64,000 nucleotides of DNA, from contig CBDEMG010000007.1 in the NCBI GenBank assembly GCA_965240855.1, positions 19 through 64,018 on the forward strand. Reading direction: 5' to 3'. This DNA comes from an uncultured Bacteroidia bacterium. GTDB taxonomy: Bacteria > Bacteroidota > Bacteroidia > Bacteroidales > CAJPTX01. Positions 48,523 through 58,595 of the stretch are shown in pieces. Below the pieces are notes generated by a model. It was not told where the DNA came from, made no database searches, and was given only the letters and a program-made list of their open reading frames with translations. Numbering within the stretch: the stretch's first letter is position 1; every line of letters starts with the position of its first letter. A program made the translations under genes and the position numbers.

Positions 48523-48606
48523 TGCCCAGAACAAGAATCGAACTTGCACAACATTGCTGTTACTAGTCCCTGAAACTAGCGCGTCTACCAGTTCCGCCAT
48601 CTGGGC
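48523..48606 (-). tRNA. tRNA-Leu (anticodon CAG), class II with a long variable arm
   Basis: Reverse complement GCCCAGATGGCGGAACTGGTAGACGCGCTAGTTTCAGGGACTAGTAACAGCAATGTTGTGCAAGTTCGATTCTTGTTCTGGGCA. Anticodon loop TTCAGGG. The T-arm and 3' acceptor are identical to the neighbouring tRNA-Leu. Confidence 0.9.
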
Positions 48607-48688
48607 ATCGACTCTCACCCTAAACGCGGAACAAAAGTACGTAAATTTTTAATAATGACAAATTGCAGAATTTGAAACAAGGGGGACT

Positions 48689-49105
48689 TCAGTTTTCATC
48701 GGACTCGTCGAGATCTTCGTCAAAAGAGTAATCGGAGTCGGCGAAATCAATATATTGCAGGAGTTCGCGACGATCGCGTTTGGTGGGTCTCCCAGCTCCG
48801 CGATCGCGTGCAAAAGCAGCATTGGCTCGTATGGCAAGCAGCTCTTCCAAGATTGTAGTTGGAGTGTCGTTGCGTAGATATTCAGAGACAAGTGCTGCAC
48901 CTAATCGTCCTTTGGGAAAGGCGAGCACTGTATAAGTAAAATCGAAGGGAGGGTGACGAATTGTAAATACGTCATTTATTTTTAGTTCGTACGAGCTTTT
49001 TATTTGCTGCCCACCAATACGTACTCGTCCTATTTTGAGCGCATCCTGTGCAAGTGTGCGTGTCTTATAGAGCCGTACGAACCACAAGAATTTATCAATT
49101 CTCAT
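48689..49105 (-). CDS. hslR: S4-domain RNA-binding heat-shock protein 15 (ribosome-associated)
   Basis: 138 aa. MRIDKFLWFVRLYKTRTLAQDALKIGRVRIGG S4 motif and an acidic C-terminal tail. Confidence 0.85.
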   Translation of the reverse strand: MRIDKFLWFVRLYKTRTLAQDALKIGRVRIGGQQIKSSYELKINDVFTIRHPPFDFTYTVLAFPKGRLGAALVSEYLRNDTPTTILEELLAIRANAAFARDRGAGRPTKRDRRELLQYIDFADSDYSFDEDLDESDEN

Positions 49106-49689
49106 TGTTCTTTGGCATTTTTTTTGCCTTCCGTATTGATGGCATTCATAGCTCGCACAAAACCCATACTAAGAGCCATTTCTATGGCGTCACAACTACG
49201 TTCGAGAGTCTCTGCGAGGAGCGTTTGTTCGGAGCTAGCAAAAGATTCGAGTACAAAATCGACTTGGTGGCCTCTTGCAAACTCATGTCCAATCCCTAAT
49301 CGAAGACGTGCATACTGTTGCGATCCTAGCTCTTCGGCAATATTCTTTAATCCGTTATGTCCTCCAGCACTTCCTTGCATCCGAAAACGGATAGCGCCTA
49401 GGGGGAGAGCCAGATCATCTACTATCACAAGGAGCTGTTCGAGAGCGATTTTTTCTGTTCGTAGCCAATAACCAATAGCCCGTCCACTTGCATTCATATA
49501 AGTGCTAGGTTTTAGGAGAATTAGTTGCTTCCCGCGATACGAACACTCTGCTACCGAACCTAAGCGCGAGACCTCAAAAGAGACATTCCGTCGATTTGCA
49601 AAGTGTTCGAGTACCATAAAACCAGCATTGTGTCTAGTATTTTCATACTCCTCGCCTATATTACCTAAACCGACCAACAGATATTTCAT
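49102..49689 (-). CDS. pth: Peptidyl-tRNA hydrolase
   Basis: ORF track extends to 49830. The canonical N-terminus MKYLLVGLGNIGEEYENTRHNAGF begins at the ATG at 49687-49689. The longer form would overlap the L25 gene. Confidence 0.92.
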   Translation of the reverse strand: MKYLLVGLGNIGEEYENTRHNAGFMVLEHFANRRNVSFEVSRLGSVAECSYRGKQLILLKPSTYMNASGRAIGYWLRTEKIALEQLLVIVDDLALPLGAIRFRMQGSAGGHNGLKNIAEELGSQQYARLRLGIGHEFARGHQVDFVLESFASSEQTLLAETLERSCDAIEMALSMGFVRAMNAINTEGKKNAKEQ

Positions 49690-49780
49690 AGTTTGCAATA
49701 TATTGTTCACACACGCTACAAAAAAACATGAGCCCAGACGCATGCCCGAACCCATGTTCTTTACTCCTTTTACAAAAAGA

Positions 49781-50359
49781 TTATTCCTCTTCGCTCTCTT
49801 GCGCTTGTACTTTAGCACCACGCTGTGCACGAATCGAAACGACTACTTGCGTAGTAGCATCTACGATTTCTAGATTTTCGAATGCCAAATCGGAAACCAT
49901 CAAGGTCGCTCCCAAGCGCAATTCAGATACATCTACAGGGAGATAATCGGGAAGATTTTTAGCTAAACCACGAACGCGCAATTTGCGAATCCCAGGCACT
50001 TGCTTACCTCCAGCTTTTACACCTCGTGCATGTCCTTGCAGCACAAGAGGAACAGACATCGTAATGGGCTCTTCTTCCACGTATCTGTAGAAGTCAATGT
50101 GTATCGGGCGATCGGTAACAGGGTGGTACTGCACCTCTTTCAAAACGACTTTTTCAACCTTTCCATTCAATGTCAGTGCAACCAACTGAACGAATGGTGT
50201 AACTAGTAAATCGCGAAGATCTCGCTCGACAAGAGTGCACATAACATTCTCGCCGTGTCCGTAGATTACGGCTGGTATCTTTTCTTCGATACGCATTCTA
50301 CGCGCCTCGCGACGCCCCTTTGTACTACGCGGCTCTGCCGCCAATTCAAAAACTCGCAT
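49781..50359 (-). CDS. rplY: 50S ribosomal protein L25, Ctc (general stress protein) form
   Basis: 192 aa. RREGKIPAVIYG-like N-terminus (RRMRIEEKIPAVIYGHG), plus the C-terminal Ctc extension. Confidence 0.9.
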   Translation of the reverse strand: MRVFELAAEPRSTKGRREARRMRIEEKIPAVIYGHGENVMCTLVERDLRDLLVTPFVQLVALTLNGKVEKVVLKEVQYHPVTDRPIHIDFYRYVEEEPITMSVPLVLQGHARGVKAGGKQVPGIRKLRVRGLAKNLPDYLPVDVSELRLGATLMVSDLAFENLEIVDATTQVVVSIRAQRGAKVQAQESEEE

Positions 50360-50689
50360 ACGTCAAACTCTCCTACCACACTACTAAAGCCCCTTCCCCT
50401 TTTCTCTCAAAATTTGGGACTCCCATCGTGCGGCTTTTATGGGGAAATCTCTTGTTGCAAAAGTACGTTATTTTTTTGTCTAATTTGCATGAATAAGTCT
50501 GTGTAATTTTGTTTTAAACAATTTTGTTTAGAAGCTGACGACATTAGTTTAGTAAACGACATTTATTTATACGTATAAGGAAGAGAAGAAAACGGCATTG
50601 TGCTCTCTGGCATCTTTTGTGGTCTTCTAGTCTATCTAGTTTACGCATCGCGCGCAAACGGAATTTCCCCCAAGTAATGCAATTGATGT

Positions 50690-50967
50690 GATCTGCAGAC
50701 AATTTGGCTTATACTGAGGTGGCTTTCTTATTCATTGGATTATTACTAGGGACACTACTGGAGCTGGAATCCTAAAGAGACTTGGCTGCTATTACCCTCC
50801 TCGCTTATCTGATTTACATGCATTTTCGCTTACAGACGCAACAGGCGTTCACGTGTACACTCGTAGTACTTGTTATAGCATTTTTTTGCTTACAAATCTG
50901 TTGGTATGGAGTAAATTATTTATCCTCTGCGCAAGGAGTAAGTATTCATACTACTTATGGCATCTAA
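50690..50967 (+). pseudogene. Degenerate C-terminal remnant of a cytochrome c biogenesis protein, CcsA/ResC family
   Basis: Positions 50750-50785 read GHYWSWNPKETW, the WGxxWxWDPKE heme-handling (WWD) signature. An in-frame TAG immediately precedes it at 50747-50749. The downstream CcsA-like tail (AAITLLAYLIYMHFRL...WYGVNYLSS, track ORF 50782-50967) is in a different frame. There is no room upstream for the rest of the protein. Confidence 0.55.
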
Positions 50968-51068
50968 CCCTGTCGACGAGTTTACCGCAAAGAGCTATAT
51001 CCGTACGTACTTAATACACGAATTTACCTAATTTTGCGCAACAAAGTTGATTGATTATATTCTTAGAA

Positions 51069-52610
51069 ATGGGGCAAGTAGTGGTGGAGCACGAAAAGTT
51101 ACTTATACTAGATTTTGGCTCACAGTATACTCAGCTCATAGCGCGTAGAGTGCGGGAATTGGGCGTGTATTGCGAAGTAAAACCTTACCACAGCGGCTTC
51201 CCCGATCCTAAAGAGTGGAAGGGTGTGATTCTATCTGGCAGTCCGTGTTCTGTGCACGATGCAACAGCTCCGCATATTGAACTAAAGGAACTCATCGCAC
51301 AACTCCCTGTACTCGGGATTTGCTACGGGGCACAACTGCTCGCCGCACAATTTGGAGGCTCTGTTGTGCGCTCGCAAAAGCGCGAATATGGGCGTGCTGT
51401 ACTTAAAGATATTACTCCCAATACACTAATCTCCGAAAATCAACGCGGAGGCGATGTTTGGATGTCGCATGGCGATAGTATAGAGGTACTACCCAATGGA
51501 TGGCGAATTTTAGCGAGTACGTCCGATATTCCTGTTGCGGCTTTTCAGGCAGATGAGAGGGTTTTTGGAGTGCAATTCCACCCAGAGGTTTCACATACCA
51601 CATGTGGAATGGATATACTTCGACATTTTGTTGTGGATATATGTGGTTTTCATTGCGACTGGACGCCTAAAGCTTTTATAGAACAAACGGTAGAAGAGAT
51701 TCGTGCCAAAGTGGGCAGCGAAAAGGTGGTACTTGGTCTCTCGGGTGGGGTAGATAGCACTGTAGCCGCAGCACTGTTACACAAGGCAATCGGAGAGCAG
51801 CTTACCTGTATTTTTGTGGATAACGGCTTATTGCGTAAGAACGAATTTGTGGATGTCCTCGAATCCTACCGAGGAATGGGGTTACAGGTTGTTGGTGTAG
51901 ATGCGCGCGATCACTTCTACGCTTCGCTTGCTGGATTAACTGACCCCGAGGCTAAAAGAAAGGCTATAGGCAGGTGTTTCATAGAAATTTTCGATCGTGA
52001 AGCTGCCAAACTCGACGGCATAAAATGGCTAGGACAAGGTACTATCTATCCTGATGTTATCGAATCGGTTTCGTTGGGAGGGCCGAGCGTTACGATCAAA
52101 TCGCATCACAACGTTGGAGGACTTCCCAAGGATATGAAGTTCCAACTCTTGGAGCCACTTCGATTACTATTTAAAGATGAAGTCCGGCGTGTAGGTAAAG
52201 AACTGGGGATTCCTTCCCTAATTCTCGGACGCCATCCTTTCCCAGGTCCGGGGCTCGGGATTCGAATTCTAGGCGAAATAACACGTGAGCGCGTAGCTCT
52301 CCTACAGGAAGCCGATGCTATCTATACGAAGATATTGCATGAGACGGGGCTATACGAGAAGATTTGGCAAGCTGGGGCAATACTGCTCCCCGTTCGTTCT
52401 GTTGGAGTTATGGGCGATGAGCGCACCTACGAGAGTGTCGTAGCACTACGAGCAGTTACTTCGATAGATGGGATGACTGCTGACTGGTATCCGCTCCCCT
52501 ACGAGGTGTTAGCACGCATTTCGAACGAAATAATCAATAATGTACGAGGGATTAATCGCGTAGTATATGATATAAGTTCGAAGCCACCTGCAACTATCGA
52601 ATGGGAATAG
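51069..52610 (+). CDS. guaA: GMP synthase (glutamine-hydrolysing)
   Basis: ORF track starts at a TTG at 51051. The ATG at 51069 is preferred. GATase domain [12 protein letters not shown]-PPase loop [14 protein letters not shown]-terminal PPATIEWE. Confidence 0.95.
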   Translation: MGQVVVEHEKLLILDFGSQYTQLIARRVRELGVYCEVKPYHSGFPDPKEWKGVILSGSPCSVHDATAPHIELKELIAQLPVLGICYGAQLLAAQFGGSVVRSQKREYGRAVLKDITPNTLISENQRGGDVWMSHGDSIEVLPNGWRILASTSDIPVAAFQADERVFGVQFHPEVSHTTCGMDILRHFVVDICGFHCDWTPKAFIEQTVEEIRAKVGSEKVVLGLSGGVDSTVAAALLHKAIGEQLTCIFVDNGLLRKNEFVDVLESYRGMGLQVVGVDARDHFYASLAGLTDPEAKRKAIGRCFIEIFDREAAKLDGIKWLGQGTIYPDVIESVSLGGPSVTIKSHHNVGGLPKDMKFQLLEPLRLLFKDEVRRVGKELGIPSLILGRHPFPGPGLGIRILGEITRERVALLQEADAIYTKILHETGLYEKIWQAGAILLPVRSVGVMGDERTYESVVALRAVTSIDGMTADWYPLPYEVLARISNEIINNVRGINRVVYDISSKPPATIEWE

Positions 52611-52706
52611 TACTCACACTTGCCTTACGCGAGTCCTAAATGATTCTAAGTTGCCCGTATTTATACGTCATATTACAACAATACAAAGCTTCAAAATTTG
52701 GAATTT

Positions 52707-54359
52707 ATGCGTTTCCTAAAAATCCTACTGCTAGCTAGTTGTCTCCTACAAATTCTAGGCGTTCATGCACAGGGGATAATAAATCTTAAGCGCCCGAGTA
52801 GAACAATGACTCAAGCCGATTTTATGGCGGAGACTAAGTTGCTTGATCTCGTGCGTATCGTACGGCATTTTTATGTCGATTCCATCAATAATAAAGAAAT
52901 AGTAGATAAGGCTATTGTAGCGCTGTTACAGGAATTAGACCCACACTCCTATTACCTCCCACCCGAACAACACGATGAGACTGTAAGCGAACTCTCGGGT
53001 CACTTTTACGGAGTGGGGATAGAATTTGCTATTCAAAAAGATACATTGGTTGTTGTGGCAACAATCCCCGATACTCCTGCGGAACGAGTAGGTATACGAA
53101 GTGGAGATAAGTTTCTAACGGTAGATGGCGAGAATATTGCAAGTGTAAAACTCACCAATAGTCGCGTGGCAAAATATTTACGTGGAGCGAAAGGTTCGTC
53201 AGTGTCGATCGATGTTCTTCGCGATCGAAAGGTAGAGAAATATACTCTTGTACGCGATTCGATCCCTCTCCACAGCGTAGATGTAGCTTACCAAATAGCT
53301 CCGAGTATCGGTTATCTTCGTATTACACGTTTTGCAGAGACCACAACATTAGAATTCCTCGAAGCGCTTAAACGTTTAAAGAAGGAGGGGACAAAGTCCT
53401 ATATCCTTGATTTTCGTGGCAATCCTGGTGGTTTGATGCAGCCCTCTATTCAGATGGCGAGTGCTTTCCTTCCAGAAGGTTCGTTGATAGTTTATGTGAA
53501 GGGACGACGTGCAGGGCGTCAAGACTTCGAAGCACTCCCTATGGGCAAAGAGTTTACCAATGTCCCGCTTGTAGTGCTTGTAGATGAGTTTTCTGCCTCG
53601 GCGAGTGAGATATTTACGGGAGCTCTGCAGGATTGGGATCGAGCCGTGGTTGTAGGTCGTCGTACTTTTGGTAAGGGATTGGTACAAAATCAGTTCGCTT
53701 TCCAAGATAGCTCATTTTGCCGTATCACAATCGCACGCTACTATACTCCTAGCAATCGCCTTATTCAAACCCCCTATAAGATGGGCGAGAAGGCTCAGTA
53801 CAACAAAAGTTTTGTACGTCGTTATGAGAATGGTGAGCTCTTTCACAAGGATAGTATTCACTTCCCTGATAGTTTACGCTATACTACCTTACGTACACAT
53901 CGGACTGTATATGGAGGCGGTGGTATAATGCCAGACATCTTTATCCCACGCGATACAACGGTGCAATCGGAGTATGTAAATCGCCTTCTGCGTAATGGTC
54001 TAATACGTAACTGGGTAATGGACTATGTAACTACACACCGCGACTCACTAGAGAAGATCTACCCCTCTATCTCAAAATATTTGGATAATTATACACTTAG
54101 TGTTCCAGATCGTACGAATTTGGTTGCCTATTCTGCTAGCAATGGTGTGAAAATAAAGAAGAACGAAACACTGAGTACTGTTGATATCGCTGAGCTCGAA
54201 TGGTATTGTAAGATTTTTGTGGCACGTTCGCTCTACTCGTTTGAATCTATGCACAGAGTGCTTCATCAGCGTGATGAGGAGGTCAAATGCGCTCTCGACC
54301 TTTTGAAGAATTGGAAGACAAAAGGAAGGGAGATTCTTGACGCCTCTAAGACCGAATAG
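52707..54359 (+). CDS. S41-family C-terminal processing (tail-specific) peptidase with PDZ domain
   Basis: Signal peptide MRFLKILLLASCLLQILGVHAQ. PDZ region GVGIEF...PAERVGIRSGDKFLTVDG. Catalytic blocks DFRGNPGGL and VDEFSASASEIFTGALQD. Confidence 0.9.
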   Translation: MRFLKILLLASCLLQILGVHAQGIINLKRPSRTMTQADFMAETKLLDLVRIVRHFYVDSINNKEIVDKAIVALLQELDPHSYYLPPEQHDETVSELSGHFYGVGIEFAIQKDTLVVVATIPDTPAERVGIRSGDKFLTVDGENIASVKLTNSRVAKYLRGAKGSSVSIDVLRDRKVEKYTLVRDSIPLHSVDVAYQIAPSIGYLRITRFAETTTLEFLEALKRLKKEGTKSYILDFRGNPGGLMQPSIQMASAFLPEGSLIVYVKGRRAGRQDFEALPMGKEFTNVPLVVLVDEFSASASEIFTGALQDWDRAVVVGRRTFGKGLVQNQFAFQDSSFCRITIARYYTPSNRLIQTPYKMGEKAQYNKSFVRRYENGELFHKDSIHFPDSLRYTTLRTHRTVYGGGGIMPDIFIPRDTTVQSEYVNRLLRNGLIRNWVMDYVTTHRDSLEKIYPSISKYLDNYTLSVPDRTNLVAYSASNGVKIKKNETLSTVDIAELEWYCKIFVARSLYSFESMHRVLHQRDEEVKCALDLLKNWKTKGREILDASKTE

Positions 54360-54430
54360 AAAAACAGATATACAACACCTACAAACTAAGCGCTCGCATA
54401 AGAGCAACGAGACTATAATTTAGACATCGC

Positions 54431-56095
54431 ATGAGCGAACAAGAAGAAAGTAATATAGAGATAAGCTTTGCAGATCTCCATCTGAGTGAAAGCTCACTAG
54501 AGGCAATAGCTTCCAAAGGTTTTGAACACCCATCGGCGATTCAACGTTTAGCAATCCCCGTCCTCCTTACTGAAACGAGCGACGTGATAGCACAAGCACA
54601 AACTGGCACGGGAAAGACTGCTGCATTTGGTTTGCCTGTTCTTGAGCAGGTAGATCCTACACAAGATCTGCCGCAAGTCCTAATCCTCGAACCCACACGC
54701 GAGCTTGCAATACAGGTAACCGAAGAGCTCGCATCGTTACGCGGTGATAGATCTATTCGCCTACTCACTGTCTATGGTGGACAGTCTATATCCGAACAGC
54801 AGCGACGTCTCAAACGTGGAGGTGCGCAAATTGTAGTCGGCACTCCGGGGCGAATTCTAGACCTTTTGCGACGAGGCGACCTAACATTGCAAGATGTACG
54901 TACCGTAGTACTTGATGAGGCAGATGAGATGCTGAACAACGGGTTTATAGAAGATGTCGAGGAGATCCTCTCGGCTGTAACTTCGGAACACCGGATATTT
55001 CTCTTTTCGGCTACAATGCCTGAACGTATAGTAGCCCTCTCTAAGAAGTTTATGAAGGAGGTGAAGCTCCTTCAAGTAGATAAGGAACAGAAACCTACGC
55101 ATCTTACGGATCAGATCTATTTTGAAGTGCACGAGAGTGATAAATTTGATGCACTCACACGTATAATAGACATCGAGCCTGAATTTTATGGGCTAATCTT
55201 TTGCCGTACGCGAACAGATGTAGATGATCTCACTCTTCAACTTGTCGAGCATAGCTATGCAGCCGAAGGTCTCCATGGTGAGATCTCACAGGCGCAACGC
55301 GAGAAGACGTTAAATAAATTTCGTAAGCGCTTTATAAATATCCTAGTCGCTACGGATGTTGCTGCACGGGGAATTGATATTGCCGATCTCACACATGTCA
55401 TTAACTACAGTCTCCCTCAAGATCCAGAGGCGTACGTACACCGCGTTGGTCGTACGGGGCGTGCAGGAAAGGAAGGTACGGCTATTACATTTGTGAGCCA
55501 TGCGGAGTACCGTCGTCTCCTTTTCTTTCAGAAGAGTATCAAATTTAAAATTCGCAAAGAGACACTTCCCAATCCACAGGATGTTGTAGAAGTAAAACGT
55601 GAGTTGCTCAAGGATGAGCTGCGCGAGGTGGTGGAGAACGAACAATATCGCGATTATTTAGATATCGCCAACGAACTCTTACAAGAGATACAGCCCGAGG
55701 TAGCACTGGCTGCACTCTTCCGTATGGCCTATAAGAATGATCTGGATGTAAAGAGCTATCCAGAGATCCGAGGATTTAATGTTGAGCGTCGTGGCACTAT
55801 TCGTCTGTTCATAGCACTGGGTAAGCGCGATGGCTATAATCCGCGAAAACTTACCGAGTATATTTGCGACAAAGGGCGAGTACGTAGTCGCGAACTAGAC
55901 GATGTATTGGTGCTCGATGAGTTTTCGTTTATTACGGTCTCCTATGAAAAAGCGAAACAACTGCTTGCTGCTTTTGCACAAGAGCAAACCGAGGATGGGA
56001 AACCCATGATAACCCAAGCTAAAGAACGTGGGAGCAAAAAGTCGACGGGTCGCGATAGTGGACAGATAAGACGAGGGAGACGTAAAAAGCAATAA
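54431..56095 (+). CDS. DEAD-box ATP-dependent RNA helicase (DeaD/CsdA-like, with a DbpA-type C-terminal RNA-binding region and a basic tail)
   Basis: 554 aa. Q motif, AQTGTGKTAAF, DEAD, SAT, HRVGRTGRAG. Confidence 0.92.
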   Translation: MSEQEESNIEISFADLHLSESSLEAIASKGFEHPSAIQRLAIPVLLTETSDVIAQAQTGTGKTAAFGLPVLEQVDPTQDLPQVLILEPTRELAIQVTEELASLRGDRSIRLLTVYGGQSISEQQRRLKRGGAQIVVGTPGRILDLLRRGDLTLQDVRTVVLDEADEMLNNGFIEDVEEILSAVTSEHRIFLFSATMPERIVALSKKFMKEVKLLQVDKEQKPTHLTDQIYFEVHESDKFDALTRIIDIEPEFYGLIFCRTRTDVDDLTLQLVEHSYAAEGLHGEISQAQREKTLNKFRKRFINILVATDVAARGIDIADLTHVINYSLPQDPEAYVHRVGRTGRAGKEGTAITFVSHAEYRRLLFFQKSIKFKIRKETLPNPQDVVEVKRELLKDELREVVENEQYRDYLDIANELLQEIQPEVALAALFRMAYKNDLDVKSYPEIRGFNVERRGTIRLFIALGKRDGYNPRKLTEYICDKGRVRSRELDDVLVLDEFSFITVSYEKAKQLLAAFAQEQTEDGKPMITQAKERGSKKSTGRDSGQIRRGRRKKQ

Positions 56096-56111
56096 AGGGA
56101 GAGTAAGGGAG

Positions 56112-57269
56112 ATGGAGAGTTCGAATGTGTATATCGCAAAGACGTTGCAAGGATTGGAACCTCTCTTGGCTAATGAGTTGAGAGCGCTGGGAGCGACTAA
56201 CATAGTAGAGGAGTGTCGTATGGTACGTTTTGAGGGCGATAAGCGCATGCTCTACTTAGCGAATTTTCACTCACGTACAGCATTACGTATACTCAAGCCT
56301 GTGTTGAGTTTTCAGGCACAGGACGCGGACGAACTTTATGAACAAGCCTTGGCATACGACTGGAGTTCGCTCTTAGCAGTAACTCAGCATTTTGCTATCG
56401 ATAGTGTCGTAAATTCGGAAGAGTTTAATAATTCGCGCTATGCTACGTATCGCCTCAAGGATGCTATTGTCGATAAATTCAAACAGACTTGTGGGCGACG
56501 TCCTTTTGTAGCTCCGACAAATCCCGAAGTGCGTTTTCACCTGCACATTAAAGGACAGACTTGCGATATTTTATTAGACTCCTCTGGCGAGTCGCTCCAT
56601 AAACGCGGCTATCGTGTAGCACAGGATGTTGCACCACTCAATGAAGTTCTGGCTGCTGGTATGATTTTGCACAGTGGATGGAATGGAGAGGTGCCCTTTC
56701 TCGATCCCATGTGTGGGTCGGGTACAATACTCATAGAGGCAGCATTGATAGCTGCAGGGATAGCTCCAGGGATATTCCGTAAACAATTTGCTTTTGAAAA
56801 TTGGAACGATTTCGATCCTGATCTGATGGCGGAAATCTATAATGATGACTCACGCGAGAGAGAATGTGAGACGCTCATCCTCGGTACAGACATCTCGGCC
56901 AAGGCACTCGAGAGCGCGGAGGCGAATATCAATTCGGCTGGTCTTGGAAAACTGATCAAATTGAAAAAAGATTCGGTTTTTGAATACCATCCCCCCATGA
57001 TACCTGGAATAGTAGTTACGAATCCCCCGTATGGTGAGCGTCTAAAACAATTTCAACTCGATCGTTTTTATACGCAACTCGGCGATGTCTTTAAATCTCG
57101 TTACGATGGATGGGATGTTTGGATTCTCTCGGGAAACAGAGCTGCTATGAAAAGCTTCGGTCTTCACCCCTCCCGTACCATTACACTTTACAATGGTCCT
57201 ATTGAATGTAAGTATCAGCGATTTTTGATGTATGCAGGGAGTTTGAAAGACCGTAATGAGGAGGAGTAA
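56112..57269 (+). CDS. THUMP-domain class I SAM-dependent RNA methyltransferase (RlmL/COG0116-like)
   Basis: 385 aa. N-terminal THUMP region, motif I DPMCGSGTILIEA, motif IV NPPYGERL. Confidence 0.85.
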   Translation: MESSNVYIAKTLQGLEPLLANELRALGATNIVEECRMVRFEGDKRMLYLANFHSRTALRILKPVLSFQAQDADELYEQALAYDWSSLLAVTQHFAIDSVVNSEEFNNSRYATYRLKDAIVDKFKQTCGRRPFVAPTNPEVRFHLHIKGQTCDILLDSSGESLHKRGYRVAQDVAPLNEVLAAGMILHSGWNGEVPFLDPMCGSGTILIEAALIAAGIAPGIFRKQFAFENWNDFDPDLMAEIYNDDSRERECETLILGTDISAKALESAEANINSAGLGKLIKLKKDSVFEYHPPMIPGIVVTNPPYGERLKQFQLDRFYTQLGDVFKSRYDGWDVWILSGNRAAMKSFGLHPSRTITLYNGPIECKYQRFLMYAGSLKDRNEEE

Positions 57270-57333
57270 ACGTAGCAGTACTTTTCGTTTCGTACGAAAA
57301 GTATTTCGAATTATGTTCTAACATACGCTAGCA

Positions 57334-58593
57334 ATGCAGGTCTTCTTATTTCCGTTGTATTACCCTTTTGCCGAAGTTAACGAGATTTTTATAGCCGAGG
57401 AGTTGCGTTGTGTGGCAGAGTACTCCGATGTCGATTTTACCATTGTCCCTTTCAAACAAAAGGGAGATGAGAGGCGAGCTGTTCCAGATCGTATACACGT
57501 GGATGCGTCCATAATCAAGCGCACACAACGGTTTTCTATACTTACCCTATTCTTGCTTGCTTTTAGAGCAACATTTTGGCGATTCTTTACACAGGAAGTT
57601 CTCAGGAAATTGGTGCATTTTCGCCTACCTGCTCGCATTCTTTTTGCGAGATTTATACGAGCACTCTTTATAGCAGACTACCTCGTAGCAAAATATAACC
57701 AGGGAGAGATTGATCAGAGTACGATTTTGTATAGTTATTGGTTAGATGAGGCTACCGCGGGTTTTTACCTCGCAACGAAGATATGTCAACCACTCAAGGC
57801 ATGTCTGATAGTTGCACGTGCACACCGGTGGGATATCATCGAACCTCAGGCTCGCTTACCCTTCCGTAAGCAAGGACTCACAGTCCTAGATAAGATTGTA
57901 GTCGCAAGCGACTTTGGACTTGAAGAGGTGCGACACCTTTATCCAGAAGTGTCCGCTAAAAGTCTAAGTTGTCATCTCGGAGTAGCAGATGTTTGTGCAC
58001 CTCGAAACGATTTTACTCTTTCAACTCCTGTGCGAGAATTCGTAAGTTGTTCGACCGTTGTACCTGTTAAGCGAGTGGCGCTCATCTATGAAAATATTGC
58101 AGCGTATGCACTGCAATATCCCTCACTACGAATACACTGGGTTCATTTTGGCGATGGAACACTCATGCCTGAACTCCGCGAGGTAACAAAGACTCCTCCC
58201 GCCAATCTACAGGTAGAATTGCGAGGAATGATCCCTAACCCTGAGGTGCGTAGATATCTTGCTTCGGTGGAGGGTGCTATTTTAGTTCATCTGAGTTTGC
58301 ATGAAGCAACGCCCATTGCAATACAGGAGGCTCTTTCTGCGTCTATTCCTGTGATTGCAACGGATGGAGGCGGTGTGCACGAGGCTATTGATGATACTGT
58401 TGGTGCGCTACTCCCCCTTGATTTTTCAAAGACAGAATGGATTGCAGCTGCTGACCGTCTCTGGGCAAACTACTCGCAGTATATGCAAGCGGCTCGTAAG
58501 CGTTTTGAATCCTTGTTCCAAAGCCGAGCAAACTATTTAGAATTCTATAACGATCTAAGACTCTGGCATGTAGCTAAATCGCAGAAGGTGTAA
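57334..58593 (+). CDS. GT-B fold glycosyltransferase (family 4-like)
   Basis: 419 aa. C-terminal donor-binding region HEATPIAIQEALSASIPVIATDGGGVHEAI (EX7E-type). Confidence 0.7.
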   Translation: MQVFLFPLYYPFAEVNEIFIAEELRCVAEYSDVDFTIVPFKQKGDERRAVPDRIHVDASIIKRTQRFSILTLFLLAFRATFWRFFTQEVLRKLVHFRLPARILFARFIRALFIADYLVAKYNQGEIDQSTILYSYWLDEATAGFYLATKICQPLKACLIVARAHRWDIIEPQARLPFRKQGLTVLDKIVVASDFGLEEVRHLYPEVSAKSLSCHLGVADVCAPRNDFTLSTPVREFVSCSTVVPVKRVALIYENIAAYALQYPSLRIHWVHFGDGTLMPELREVTKTPPANLQVELRGMIPNPEVRRYLASVEGAILVHLSLHEATPIAIQEALSASIPVIATDGGGVHEAIDDTVGALLPLDFSKTEWIAAADRLWANYSQYMQAARKRFESLFQSRANYLEFYNDLRLWHVAKSQKV

Positions 58594-58595
58594 TT

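Noticed and set aside
48285-48573. Track ORFs 48285-48500 and 48328-48573 on the plus strand.
   Set aside because: They overlap the two minus-strand tRNA-Leu genes, and their translations are not protein-like. The region is explained by the tRNAs and their terminator.
49690-49830. Long N-terminal extension of the pth ORF (the 242-aa version), overlapping the 3' end of the L25 gene.
   Set aside because: The canonical Pth N-terminus (MKYLLVGLGNIG) starts at the internal ATG at 49689. The extension is basic and hydrophobic junk, and it would overlap rplY by 50 nt.
50782-50967. The 61-aa ORF as a genuine small membrane protein.
   Set aside because: It is the out-of-frame continuation of a CcsA-like WWD motif that an upstream stop codon interrupts. 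It starts at a TTG with no evident ribosome-binding context, so it is better explained as a pseudogene fragment.
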